From positions 3,082-67,081 of the forward strand of contig JAFMCA010000007.1 of assembly GCA_017858055.1 (NCBI GenBank): a DNA stretch of 64,000 nt, read 5' to 3'. Below are positions 27,701 to 36,108 of this stretch, piece by piece; the first letter of the stretch is position 1, and every line of letters begins with the position of its first letter. The stretch is from Flavobacteriaceae bacterium (GTDB lineage Bacteria > Bacteroidota > Bacteroidia > Flavobacteriales > Flavobacteriaceae). The notes below the pieces were generated by a model. That model had not been told where the DNA came from, did not search any database, and saw only the letters and a program-made list of their open reading frames with translations. The position numbers and the translations under genes are program-made.

Positions 27701-28064
27701 TTTTTCAAGTGTGTATTTGGAAAATAACGAGGGAACTTTTACTGCAAAACCGCTTCCTGTAGAAGCTCAATATTCTAATATCAATACCATTTTAATCGAA
27801 GACGTAGATAGGGATGGTTATTTGGATGTGATTCTTGGTGGTAACCTCTATAATGCAGAGGTAGAAACCCCCAGAAATGACGCCAGTTATGGACTTTGGC
27901 TAAAAGGAGATGGAAAAGGGAACTTCGTCGCTCAACGGGCTAGAGAATCTGGATTAGTAATCTTAGGGGATGTTAGAAATATTGAAAAAATAGAAGTTGG
28001 AAAAGAAAACCACCTCCTCGTAGCAAAAAATAATGCTGCTTTACAACAAATACGAATCAATTAA
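24762..28064 (+). CDS. FG-GAP/VCBS-repeat lipoprotein with UnbV/ASPIC domain (CRTAC1-type)
   Basis: ATG at 24762 gives a lipoprotein signal (MKKLLYLLSVVAIVVGCS). It has many Ca-binding-like FG-GAP repeats (DFNNDGLEDL, DINKDGYLDI, DYDKDGDLDL, DFDNDGWKDL, DLDNDGDLDL, DADGDGDQDL, DFDHDGDLDL, DFDQDGDMDL, DVDRDGYLDV). A central UnbV/ASPIC motif is present (GYLSSVSPRLHFGLG, IIEWPDGKK). Confidence 0.85.
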   Translation: MKKLLYLLSVVAIVVGCSAEKKQFSKLNASQTNITFANTLFETNKNNYFTYPYMYLGGGVAAGDFNNDGLEDLFFTGNMVPNKLYLNKGDFKFEDISETAGIAGDDRWYAGVTLVDINKDGYLDIYCSVSGEKEPHNNVLYLNNKDNTFSEVAQAYGIDDNGYSMHSTFFDYDKDGDLDLYVANYPPTSFKAPVDYYKYMIENHEAIDSDHLYRNDGETFVDVTEEAGISNFGLSLGVVASDFNNDGYPDLYISNDFNAPDYMYLNNGDGTFTNDILNSFRQTSFFGMGVDASDFNNDGWVDLFQLDMNAADNFRSKANMSSMNPEVFYQSVSLGLHHQYMQNSLQINQGNLNGNSPAFSNVARWGGVSSTDWSWGGIFADFDNDGWKDLYVTNGIRRDVNNKDFYNENRAFFDKMENDPNYKNKEDEVGLLSYLERMPSEKLTNYLYQNNRENGFKNKSMEWGLDEKTFSNGVVYSDLDNDGDLDLVVNNLEDVASVYQNNSINTNSIGFQLIGKNNETPLGTRIHIVADGQYQMQEYNLSRGYLSSVSPRLHFGLGTSTKLEEVIIEWPDGKKTRVENPQVNAYTTVDYNKQTAFFEKEKSLPSLKVFQTVVQKDPFIHEENPYNDFKEEVLLPHKNSTLGPALAVGDLNNDSKQDYIVGGAIGQPASMYIQQNDGTFEKVMVPIFEKDKFYEDLGIQIFDADGDGDQDLYFASGGNEFNEGSQGYEDRFYENLGKLNFRRDTEAIPDTRISGLDVSVNDFDHDGDLDLFVGGRLSPKKYPYPTSSRLLENRSAEGKIQFVDITKEKNPELENIGLVTASEWIDFDGDSWEDLIVVGEWMSIRMFKNNQGTFTEVTNQIYQPEHRGWWFDLKKGDFDQDGDMDLIVGNLGLNYKYQASLDKPFKVYLNDFDKNATYDIVLSYQSDDTEYPVRGRQCSSEQMPAIKEKFKNYNSFASASLEEIYSDKMLAESLKYEITDFSSVYLENNEGTFTAKPLPVEAQYSNINTILIEDVDRDGYLDVILGGNLYNAEVETPRNDASYGLWLKGDGKGNFVAQRARESGLVILGDVRNIEKIEVGKENHLLVAKNNAALQQIRIN

Positions 28065-28444
28065 TGCGAATTTTTATTCTTGCTCTTTCTTTAGTATTAC
28101 TCCTATCGGGCTGCTTGAATTCAAAATCAAAAGATTTTAAAAATTATATCACTGGGGATTGGAGAATCGAAAATCCAACCCTACAGTCCTTTATTCGATT
28201 TGATCCCAACGGAAAAACAACCTATTTTCTTAATCGATATAGTTATGAACTGGATACTTTGGCAGAATACGGAAGTTGGCATTTGAAGGACATCTATAAA
28301 GGAGTTTCCCTAGATACTTTTGTTGTGGAAATAATAAAAAAACCTCAAAACACGGAGTTTAAGTTTCTTATACTAGAACAAAATAGAATTCGAGTCCTTG
28401 ATGAAGCAGGAGAAACCCTATTTACACGCGTTCATACCGATTAG
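28064..28444 (+). CDS. Small lipoprotein, function unknown
   Basis: Has a lipobox (LLLSGCLNS). Its ATG overlaps the upstream stop by 1 nt (TAATG at 28062-28066). No motif was recognised. Confidence 0.55.
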   Translation: MRIFILALSLVLLLSGCLNSKSKDFKNYITGDWRIENPTLQSFIRFDPNGKTTYFLNRYSYELDTLAEYGSWHLKDIYKGVSLDTFVVEIIKKPQNTEFKFLILEQNRIRVLDEAGETLFTRVHTD

Positions 28445-28839
28445 AAATTAAGTTGATTAAATACGTTCCCGTATTCATCAAAACTAAAGTAATAGGTTTT
28501 TTCGATAAGTTCTTCTTCCCCACCTAATATCGTAAAATCTATTTTTGCTACTTCGTAATCCGTATCAGAAAAAAGAGTCACTTTTTCGGGTGTAAAAGTT
28601 TCAAAGTCTCTGCTATTGAGAAGCGATTTCAACATGATTTGCATCAAAGCACGATCCAATCTTTTGACGAGCATAGCTGTCTTAAGATTGTTTTCTACCG
28701 GTATTTCGAAGGTATCCCCATTGGCTTTTTGCCATGAAAAAATATACGTTTTAGGAACGACTAAAGCTTCGTTTTCTTGAGCAAAAGAGCTATTCAAGGC
28801 AAAGCTAAAAAATAGAGCAAAACAAAATTTCTTATACAT
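28441..28839 (-). CDS. Small exported protein, function unknown
   Basis: Has a signal peptide (FALFFSFALNSSFAQE). It is convergent with the preceding gene, with overlapping stop codons (TTAG). Confidence 0.5.
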   Translation of the reverse strand: MYKKFCFALFFSFALNSSFAQENEALVVPKTYIFSWQKANGDTFEIPVENNLKTAMLVKRLDRALMQIMLKSLLNSRDFETFTPEKVTLFSDTDYEVAKIDFTILGGEEELIEKTYYFSFDEYGNVFNQLNF

Positions 28840-28914
28840 AAGGAATCAACAAATAAATTTTATTAAATTTAGATTAAATATACAATACAAATTGTATAAC
28901 GAAGAGAAGGATTA

Positions 28915-30126
28915 ATGAAGAGAAGAAAAAATTACCCGTTTTTTAGTTTACTCGTTCTACTAACTTTTTTATCCTGTTCCAAGCAGGAAGAAGCGGTAAA
29001 AACATATAACTACAATCTTAGAACCGAAATCTGGCCAGAGGGTATGGGGAAAATCTTTCCCAGCCAGGGAGAATACAATGCATTTACCATAAAAAGCATT
29101 TATGCTCGACCCGAACCCGGTTGGGTTTTTGACCGATGGGAAGGTGCAGTGAGTAGCTCGGATAATCCAACAAATATTTCTTTTTACGACGATCTCGCTA
29201 TACGAGCCGTATTCGTAAAGGATACATTTAAAGTTAGAACAATTGCTGGAGGAAAAGGAAAAGGTGGAGAATTGAACCAATTGTTTTATCCTACTGGAAT
29301 TGCACTTGATCCAGCAGGAGATTTGTATGTAAGTGACATGTATAATCATCGTATTCAAAAATGGAAGCCGGGGGCGACAGTGGGTATTACGGTAGCGGGT
29401 GGTTCTGGATATGGATATGGACCGACACAATTGGACGAGCCAGGTAAAATTGATATTGACAGCCAAGGGAACCTTTATATTGCAGACACAAGAAACCATC
29501 GGATTCAGAAATGGGAACACGGAGGATTAACTGGAACAACTGTAGCAGGAGGCAAAGGGATGGGGAACGAAACCAACCAACTCAACAGGCCTTTCGGAAT
29601 TGCTGTTGATAATTCAGGAACGATTTATATCTCCGAATTAGGGAATCATCGAGTATCAAAATGGGCTCCAGGTGAAGAAACTGGAGTTGTGATTGCAGGG
29701 GGGAACGGTGAAGGAAGTGATTCCAATCAATTGGCTTTTCCGCTTGGAATTGCTGTTGATTTAGATGGAAATTTATATGTTGCCGATACCTACAATCACA
29801 GAATTCAATTGTTTGAAAAAGGATCTCAAAAAGGAGTTACTTTGATTTCAGGTAAAGATTTTAAAACGGAATCCCAAATCAATTACTTTAGTGGAATCAG
29901 TCTGGTGAACAACTCATACTTGTATATTACCGATTACCAACAGGAACGCATACTCAAATATGATTTAAAAACGAAATCATTTGAAATCATGACGACAAAT
30001 ACTTCCGTAGAGGATAATGATAAATTATCTCAACCCTATCAAACTGCAATTGATGTGATGGGAGATATCATCATTGCCGATGCCAAAAATAATAGAATCC
30101 AAAAACGAAAAATTAGTGCTGAATGA
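28915..30126 (+). CDS. NHL-repeat beta-propeller lipoprotein with N-terminal divergent InlB B-repeat-like domain
   Basis: Has a lipobox (LTFLSCSK) and a GWVFDRWEG motif typical of the bacterial repeat (InlB B-repeat-like) domain. There are five to six NHL blades with repeated YNHRIQKW / RNHRIQKW / GNHRVSKW / YNHRIQLF / KNNRIQKR. Confidence 0.85.
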   Translation: MKRRKNYPFFSLLVLLTFLSCSKQEEAVKTYNYNLRTEIWPEGMGKIFPSQGEYNAFTIKSIYARPEPGWVFDRWEGAVSSSDNPTNISFYDDLAIRAVFVKDTFKVRTIAGGKGKGGELNQLFYPTGIALDPAGDLYVSDMYNHRIQKWKPGATVGITVAGGSGYGYGPTQLDEPGKIDIDSQGNLYIADTRNHRIQKWEHGGLTGTTVAGGKGMGNETNQLNRPFGIAVDNSGTIYISELGNHRVSKWAPGEETGVVIAGGNGEGSDSNQLAFPLGIAVDLDGNLYVADTYNHRIQLFEKGSQKGVTLISGKDFKTESQINYFSGISLVNNSYLYITDYQQERILKYDLKTKSFEIMTTNTSVEDNDKLSQPYQTAIDVMGDIIIADAKNNRIQKRKISAE

Positions 30127-32252
30127 ATAACCCCTTATCCCCTACAGCTCTCTTTTCTGGATGCTATACCTTAAAAAGAGTTGCTGCTGTTATCCCTATA
30201 TTTCTTATGATAAGTATTTTTTTTTCGTGTACCTCTGAACCACAACTCAATAGAAATAATCTTGACTTAGAAACCAGTGCCTATCTTCTTCAACACGCCA
30301 ATAACCCGATCCATTGGCAACGCTGGAATGAAAACCTTTACGGGAACTCCAACAAAGAAGAAAAATTACTCGTTGTTAGTATTGGCTATTCCAGTTGTCA
30401 TTGGTGTCATGTTATGGAAGAGGAAACCTTCGAAAATGAAGAAGTGGCTACTTTTATGAATGATAAATTTATTAGTATTAAAGTAGATCGAGAAGAAAAT
30501 CCAGAGATTGACAACATTTACATGACTGCTACTCAAATGATGACTGGTAGCGGTGGGTGGCCATTGAATGTCGTTTGTTTACCTGACGGAAGACCCGTCT
30601 ATGGTGGGACCTACCACACCAAAGATCAATGGCTTGAGGTGTTGGGAAAAATTCAAAAATTATACGAGAATGACAAAACACAACTTTATGGTTTTGCAGA
30701 AAAAGTAGAGAAAGGAATCCAAGAGGTTAACCAGTTCGAATATACCCAAGAAGCTCCTGCTTTCGAACCGGATTTGTTAACCAATGAAATGGCGTATTGG
30801 TCCAGAGAATGGGATCGTGTATATGGAGGAGAACAACAAACTCAAAAGTTTATTACTCCTGTAAAATTCAACTACATCCAACAGTATCAGTTTTTAAATC
30901 CGAACCCAGACATTGAATCCTATTGGGAACATGCACTTATAACCATTGCTAATAGTGGAATTTTTGATCAACTTGAAGGTGGATTTTTCCGATATACAGT
31001 TGATCCCAAATGGGAAATTCCCCATTTTGAAAAAATGCTCTATGATAATGCCCAGCTTTTAACCCTTTATGCAAATGCATATAAGCAATATAAAAATCCA
31101 CTTTTTAAAAAACGTGTTTACCAGACCTTTGATTTTCTGAATCAGAAGATGGAAAATTCAGAAGGTGCTTTTTATTCAGCCATCGATGCCGACAATAATG
31201 AAGGCGAAGGACGCTATTATGTTTTTGATGAGAAAGAAATCAAACGTGTTGCAGGAGAGGATTTAACACTTCTGGCTGATTATTACAAAATTGATCTGAA
31301 TAAACCCTTTGAGGAATCCTTTTTTCACCTTCAACAACACGATAGCCTTCAGACAATACTGAAAAAATATGGGCTTTCTGAGCAAGAACTCATTCAAAAG
31401 AAAGTAGAGTGGGAAAGTGCATTTGAAAACCTAAAACAGCAAAGAGAATTTCCGCTAATTGACAATAAAATCATCACCTCTTGGAATGCTCAGCTTGTAT
31501 CAGGGCTTTTGACAGCCTATGAAGCTTTTCAAGAAGATGCATTTTTAAAACAAGCGGAGGCAACCTATCGTTTTATTCAAAATCAATTGGTTGATGGAAA
31601 AAATATCCTGCATACCTTTCAGAACGGGGAAGCTAAATTAGAAGGGAATCTAGAAGATTATGCATTTACAATACAAGCAGCATTAGCATTGTATAAGAAT
31701 ACGGGCAACATTGATTATTTAAACCAAGCCGATAAGTTGACAAAAACCGCAATCCAAAAATTTGAAAATCCTGATAATCCATTTTTTACGTTTACCGAAA
31801 ATCCAGTTCTGTTTTCAAATATCATTGCTGTAGACGATAATGTTATTCCCTCAGCAAATGCGATTATGGCTGAAAACTTATGGCTTCTAGGAGAATTACT
31901 GGACACAGAGCAATACAAAGAAAAGGCTCAAAAAATGCTTGAGGGCATCTCCTCCTATTTTAGTGGTGGGAGAGGAAGCGACTACAGTCAATGGGCTCAA
32001 CTGATCAGTAAAAAAGCGTATTCTGTAAAAGAAGTCGTTATTGTTGGTACTCATGCTAAAGAACTCGCAAGAGAGTTTCAGTCCCATTACCTCCCCCATG
32101 TTGTTTTTCAAATGAGTGAAGAAGCCAGTGAATTACCTCTACTTAAAGACCGCTATTTTGAAGAGGAAACCCTGATTTATGTCTGTGAGAATAAAGTCTG
32201 TCTAAGACCGGTCAAAACAGTTACTGAAGCACTAAAACAAATCCAAGATTAA
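30123..32252 (+). CDS. Exported thioredoxin-domain protein of the DUF255 / YyaL / SPATA20-like family
   Basis: Has an N-terminal hydrophobic region with a lipobox-like FFSC and the thioredoxin-like motif [11 protein letters not shown] long (alpha/alpha)6-like C-terminal region typical of the family follows. An ATGA overlap couples it to the NHL gene stop. Confidence 0.85.
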   Translation: MNNPLSPTALFSGCYTLKRVAAVIPIFLMISIFFSCTSEPQLNRNNLDLETSAYLLQHANNPIHWQRWNENLYGNSNKEEKLLVVSIGYSSCHWCHVMEEETFENEEVATFMNDKFISIKVDREENPEIDNIYMTATQMMTGSGGWPLNVVCLPDGRPVYGGTYHTKDQWLEVLGKIQKLYENDKTQLYGFAEKVEKGIQEVNQFEYTQEAPAFEPDLLTNEMAYWSREWDRVYGGEQQTQKFITPVKFNYIQQYQFLNPNPDIESYWEHALITIANSGIFDQLEGGFFRYTVDPKWEIPHFEKMLYDNAQLLTLYANAYKQYKNPLFKKRVYQTFDFLNQKMENSEGAFYSAIDADNNEGEGRYYVFDEKEIKRVAGEDLTLLADYYKIDLNKPFEESFFHLQQHDSLQTILKKYGLSEQELIQKKVEWESAFENLKQQREFPLIDNKIITSWNAQLVSGLLTAYEAFQEDAFLKQAEATYRFIQNQLVDGKNILHTFQNGEAKLEGNLEDYAFTIQAALALYKNTGNIDYLNQADKLTKTAIQKFENPDNPFFTFTENPVLFSNIIAVDDNVIPSANAIMAENLWLLGELLDTEQYKEKAQKMLEGISSYFSGGRGSDYSQWAQLISKKAYSVKEVVIVGTHAKELAREFQSHYLPHVVFQMSEEASELPLLKDRYFEEETLIYVCENKVCLRPVKTVTEALKQIQD

Positions 32253-33430
32253 CTTATTACACCCGAACCTAACAGTTCGTTATCATGATACCATGCTACA
32301 AATTGTCCAGAGGTGATTGAAGATTGAGGGGTTTCAAAAGTAACATAAAGTCCTTCATCCGTTTGAAACAATCTTGCTTTTTGCAAAGGTTGTCGGTAAC
32401 GAATTCGGGCTAGCACTTCTAAAGTTTCCCCTGTAGAAATTGACAAATCGGTTCGTATCCAATGAATTTCGGAGGGATCTACTCTAAGTGCTTCTCGAAA
32501 TAACCCGGGATGCTGCTTCCCTTGACCCACATAGATCGTATTTCTGGAAACATCCGTGTCTATGACAAATAAGGGTTCAACCTTCCCTCCCACACCTAGT
32601 CCTTTTCGCTGACCTACAGTAAAAAAATGTGCGCCGTTATGCTCTCCGACCAAAACACCATCTTCTGGATTGTATCGTTTTTTATAGGACTGCTCTTGCA
32701 CGGATTGAAATTCTTGAGCAGGAAGATACGCTGGGTGAGAAGCTGGTATTTCAATAATGGACCCCATTTTTGGTTTTAATTGTTGATGTAAAAAATCCGG
32801 CAGACTCACTTTCCCAATAAAACACAAGCCTTGAGAATCTTTCTTTTCAGCAGTTACTAAATTTTGAGTAGTTGCTATAGAACGAACCTCTGCCTTTTTT
32901 AAGTGTCCAATAGGAAAGAGAACTTTGGAGAGTTGCTCTTGTGTCACTTGACATAAAAAATAGGATTGATCCTTATTCTTATCCTCGCCTGCCAATAACT
33001 GATAGGATTTTACTTCCTCACGGTTTATTGTCTGCCCCTTTTGACAATAATGGCCTGTAGCCACAAAATCGGCTCCTAAAGAAAGTGCGATTTTTAAAAA
33101 AACATCGAATTTAATTTCTCTGTTGCACAACACATCTGGGTTGGGAGTTCTTCCTTTTGCATATTCATCGAACATATAGTCTACAATACGCTCCTTGTAT
33201 TCCTTGCTTAAATCTACAGTTTGAAAGGGAATACCCAATTTTTCTGCAACCAACATAGCATCGTTACTATCCTCCAACCAAGGGCATTCGTTAGAAAGAG
33301 TGACGGTTTCATCGTGCCAGTTTTTCATAAATAAACCAATCACTTCGTATCCTGACTCCTTTAATAAATAGGCAGCAACACTAGAGTCTACTCCACCAGA
33401 TAGTCCAACAACAACACGTTCCCTTTTCAT
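32249..33430 (-). CDS. mnmA: tRNA 2-thiouridine(34) synthase
   Basis: Has the PP-loop [12 protein letters not shown], the motif [10 protein letters not shown] and the catalytic Cys region DSQGLCFIG. Confidence 0.95.
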   Translation of the reverse strand: MKRERVVVGLSGGVDSSVAAYLLKESGYEVIGLFMKNWHDETVTLSNECPWLEDSNDAMLVAEKLGIPFQTVDLSKEYKERIVDYMFDEYAKGRTPNPDVLCNREIKFDVFLKIALSLGADFVATGHYCQKGQTINREEVKSYQLLAGEDKNKDQSYFLCQVTQEQLSKVLFPIGHLKKAEVRSIATTQNLVTAEKKDSQGLCFIGKVSLPDFLHQQLKPKMGSIIEIPASHPAYLPAQEFQSVQEQSYKKRYNPEDGVLVGEHNGAHFFTVGQRKGLGVGGKVEPLFVIDTDVSRNTIYVGQGKQHPGLFREALRVDPSEIHWIRTDLSISTGETLEVLARIRYRQPLQKARLFQTDEGLYVTFETPQSSITSGQFVAWYHDNELLGSGVIS

Positions 33431-33480
33431 GATGCAAAGATAAGCAGTCCCTCTAAAACTTTACAGCTTATTGCCGAGGT

Positions 33481-34587
33481 TTAGTTGGATTCCTTCAAGT
33501 ATCTAAGGTAGTTTTCACTAAATATTTTGGAAAGGACCACTTTCGATAGTCCCAAACCTTTGGTGTTTTGCTTTCTCAAAACCATAGAATCTTCTGAAAC
33601 CAAATAGTGGAACAAATTTTTATATTGTTCTTCTAAACGTTCCGCTTCTTGACGGACTTCTTCAGCACTCAACTGGGATTCTTCCTCTCCAGTTCCGTAA
33701 TCCGTACCAAATAATATGCGATCTTGGTAGGTTTCAAAAAACGATTTGACTTTTTCAGAATCCTGCATAGCTAAATCTCCAAAGCGAGCTCCCACCTCAA
33801 CACTCAAATTGGGATACTTATCCAAACGCGCTGCTACAGCATCGACATTATTCGCCATACTACAAATATGTGCACCAATAATTTTTAATCCAGGATTGTT
33901 CTCGATCCAAGCATCCCGAGCAGAGATAATTTCCTCATAAGAGGGCATGGAAGGGAAATTATAGGCATGGTATTGGGGGTTGTTTTTGTAATAATTGTAA
34001 TGGGGATTATTTTCGTCTAGAAGCGGACGCCAGGCTTGTTCAGGATCTGCAATATGTGCTAAGACTGTAATTTTATTTTCCTTTAAAAAATCCCAAATAG
34101 GGTTTAAACGAGCGTCGTTTATTTGAATATAATTTCCTTCTGAGTCTTGAGTCACCATCCCAAAGTTTTTCCAAACCTTAACCATGATTGCTCCTTGATC
34201 TATGTCCTTTTTTAATTGTGCGATAATACGCTCTGCATAATCCGCTTCCTCAATCCCATCTGCTGTAAAAGTGGTACACAGATAAAAACTTTCTGGATGT
34301 AATTTTTGATGTGCGGCGTAATTATCAAAGTTTCTGACAACCGTACCCTCATTTTCTATAGCAACATCAACCAACATCGCTTTTAGATTCCAACGGTTAA
34401 AAAAATCAATCAGATAGGTTCTTGGGTATTTATAATGTGCATGGACATCAATCTTTGGAAGTTGTTTGAATTCTTCTGCTGTAACTAGCCCTTTACTCGG
34501 ACTGGGAGACTTGCATGCTGCTAGGAATAGGATTAACAAAATCAAATTCATTCGTTTAATCCCTTTGTTTGTGAAATAGATTTCCAT
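33481..34587 (-). CDS. Exported amidohydrolase-family (metal-dependent hydrolase) protein
   Basis: Has a lipobox (LFLAACKSP), the HxH metal motif IDVHAHY and a later HI..P / GTDYG pattern typical of amidohydrolase_2-like TIM barrels. The start may instead be the internal ATG at 34551. Confidence 0.65.
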   Translation of the reverse strand: MEIYFTNKGIKRMNLILLILFLAACKSPSPSKGLVTAEEFKQLPKIDVHAHYKYPRTYLIDFFNRWNLKAMLVDVAIENEGTVVRNFDNYAAHQKLHPESFYLCTTFTADGIEEADYAERIIAQLKKDIDQGAIMVKVWKNFGMVTQDSEGNYIQINDARLNPIWDFLKENKITVLAHIADPEQAWRPLLDENNPHYNYYKNNPQYHAYNFPSMPSYEEIISARDAWIENNPGLKIIGAHICSMANNVDAVAARLDKYPNLSVEVGARFGDLAMQDSEKVKSFFETYQDRILFGTDYGTGEEESQLSAEEVRQEAERLEEQYKNLFHYLVSEDSMVLRKQNTKGLGLSKVVLSKIFSENYLRYLKESN

Positions 34588-34621
34588 AAATTGTTATTTA
34601 ACTTGTTTCAATTTACGCAAA

Positions 34622-36103
34622 ATGAGCTATAGTTTTACACGATTTTTTTTTCTGCTCTTTTCTTTTCTTGGATTTCTTTCTTTGAGATCTCAATCTGAGA
34701 TTCCCTCCCCTTTTTTATTTCAATCTTCAGATAATGAACTCCAATCGGCGGTGCAATGGGCAAAGGAGAAAGCGCTTTCGTATGCTCATGACGATAGCGA
34801 TCCCGTTGGTTTTTGGTACGAAGCAGCCCTCCCCAACCGAGAGGCCTTCTGTATGCGAGACGTTTCCCACCAGTCTGTAGGAGCGGAAATCTTAGGATTG
34901 AGCAAACACAACAGTAACATGTTGCTCAAATTTGCTCAAAACATTAGTGAATCCAAAGACTATGCTTCCTACTGGGAGATTAATCGCTACAACCAACCCG
35001 CCCCCGTAGATTATGAAAGTGACCGCGATTTTTGGTACAACCTACCGGCAAATTTTGACCTAATCTTTACGATGAACAGACTTTTCGAATGGACTCAAGA
35101 TTCTACTTATATAGAACATCCAAGCTTTCAAAAATTCTGTTCCTTGAGCCTGAATGAGTATGTCGATCGTTGGGCATTAAGTCATGATGTGATTACGACA
35201 CGAGATCGATCTCTTTTTGTTCAAGATCCTAAAGCATTCCCTAAGAATCGTTTTGGGAAAAACAGGGGGATCCCAACTTATAATGAAGGGGGAAGAGGTG
35301 AAAGCCTTTTGGGAATTGATATGACCGCTTCCTATATCGCAGGATTAAAATCTTATATCGAAATTCTCAACCATTTAGGAAGAGACCAAGAGACGGAAGT
35401 GTATGCTGCAAAACTCACTGATGAACTCCATTTTTTAAATACTTTTTGGTGGGATGCTTCAAAAAAGGTCTATCGATCCATTTATTATCAAGATCAAAGT
35501 TTTGATTATTTCATGGTGGGTAAAGATCAAGCCTATTTGCATTATTTACTCTATTTCGATGTGCTTTCAAAACCTTCACAAATAAACACCATCCTCAATG
35601 AATATAGAGCTCGTCAGCAATCGCTGATTATTGAGCTAAAATCCTATCTGCCTATTTTGTTTTATGAAAAAAATGAACCCGCTACGGCTACAAAAATTAT
35701 TCTGGAGTTATGTGACGAAGCAAATACCCGGAGGGATTATCCCGAAAATTCCTTTACCGTTATTGAACATGTAACCCGAGGACTCATGGGAATCAATCCT
35801 AGTCAGGAGGCCATTGCTACCCAATCCCGATTGGAGGCTTCTCAATGGGCAAAAGTGGAGGGCGTTTCAATTTTTGGGACCCAAATAGATGTTGAACATC
35901 ACAGCAGATACAAAACTGTTTTTTCCAATAAAGGGAATCAAAAGGTTCTATGGAAAGCAATGTTTGAAGGGGAATACGATAGGGTTTGGGTTGATAACAA
36001 AATCCTCCAAACTCAAATAGAAAAACAAAACGGATCCCCCGTTTCCTTTGTCTTTATTCCCGTTAACGAATATCAAGAAGTAACTGTGGCTGTGGAAGAC
36101 TAG
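34622..36103 (+). CDS. Exported hypothetical protein (493 aa)
   Basis: An intact ORF with a signal peptide (FLGFLSLRSQS). I recognise no motif with confidence. A helical-repeat, glycosidase-like fold is only a guess. Confidence 0.5.
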   Translation: MSYSFTRFFFLLFSFLGFLSLRSQSEIPSPFLFQSSDNELQSAVQWAKEKALSYAHDDSDPVGFWYEAALPNREAFCMRDVSHQSVGAEILGLSKHNSNMLLKFAQNISESKDYASYWEINRYNQPAPVDYESDRDFWYNLPANFDLIFTMNRLFEWTQDSTYIEHPSFQKFCSLSLNEYVDRWALSHDVITTRDRSLFVQDPKAFPKNRFGKNRGIPTYNEGGRGESLLGIDMTASYIAGLKSYIEILNHLGRDQETEVYAAKLTDELHFLNTFWWDASKKVYRSIYYQDQSFDYFMVGKDQAYLHYLLYFDVLSKPSQINTILNEYRARQQSLIIELKSYLPILFYEKNEPATATKIILELCDEANTRRDYPENSFTVIEHVTRGLMGINPSQEAIATQSRLEASQWAKVEGVSIFGTQIDVEHHSRYKTVFSNKGNQKVLWKAMFEGEYDRVWVDNKILQTQIEKQNGSPVSFVFIPVNEYQEVTVAVED

Positions 36104-36108
36104 CTTTT

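Noticed and set aside
28969-29520. A 183-aa antisense ORF inside the NHL-repeat gene.
   Set aside because: It is fully nested opposite a gene with clear repeat motifs. The translated sequence has odd composition (Cys/Arg/Phe-rich) and no motifs. It is typical of a shadow ORF.
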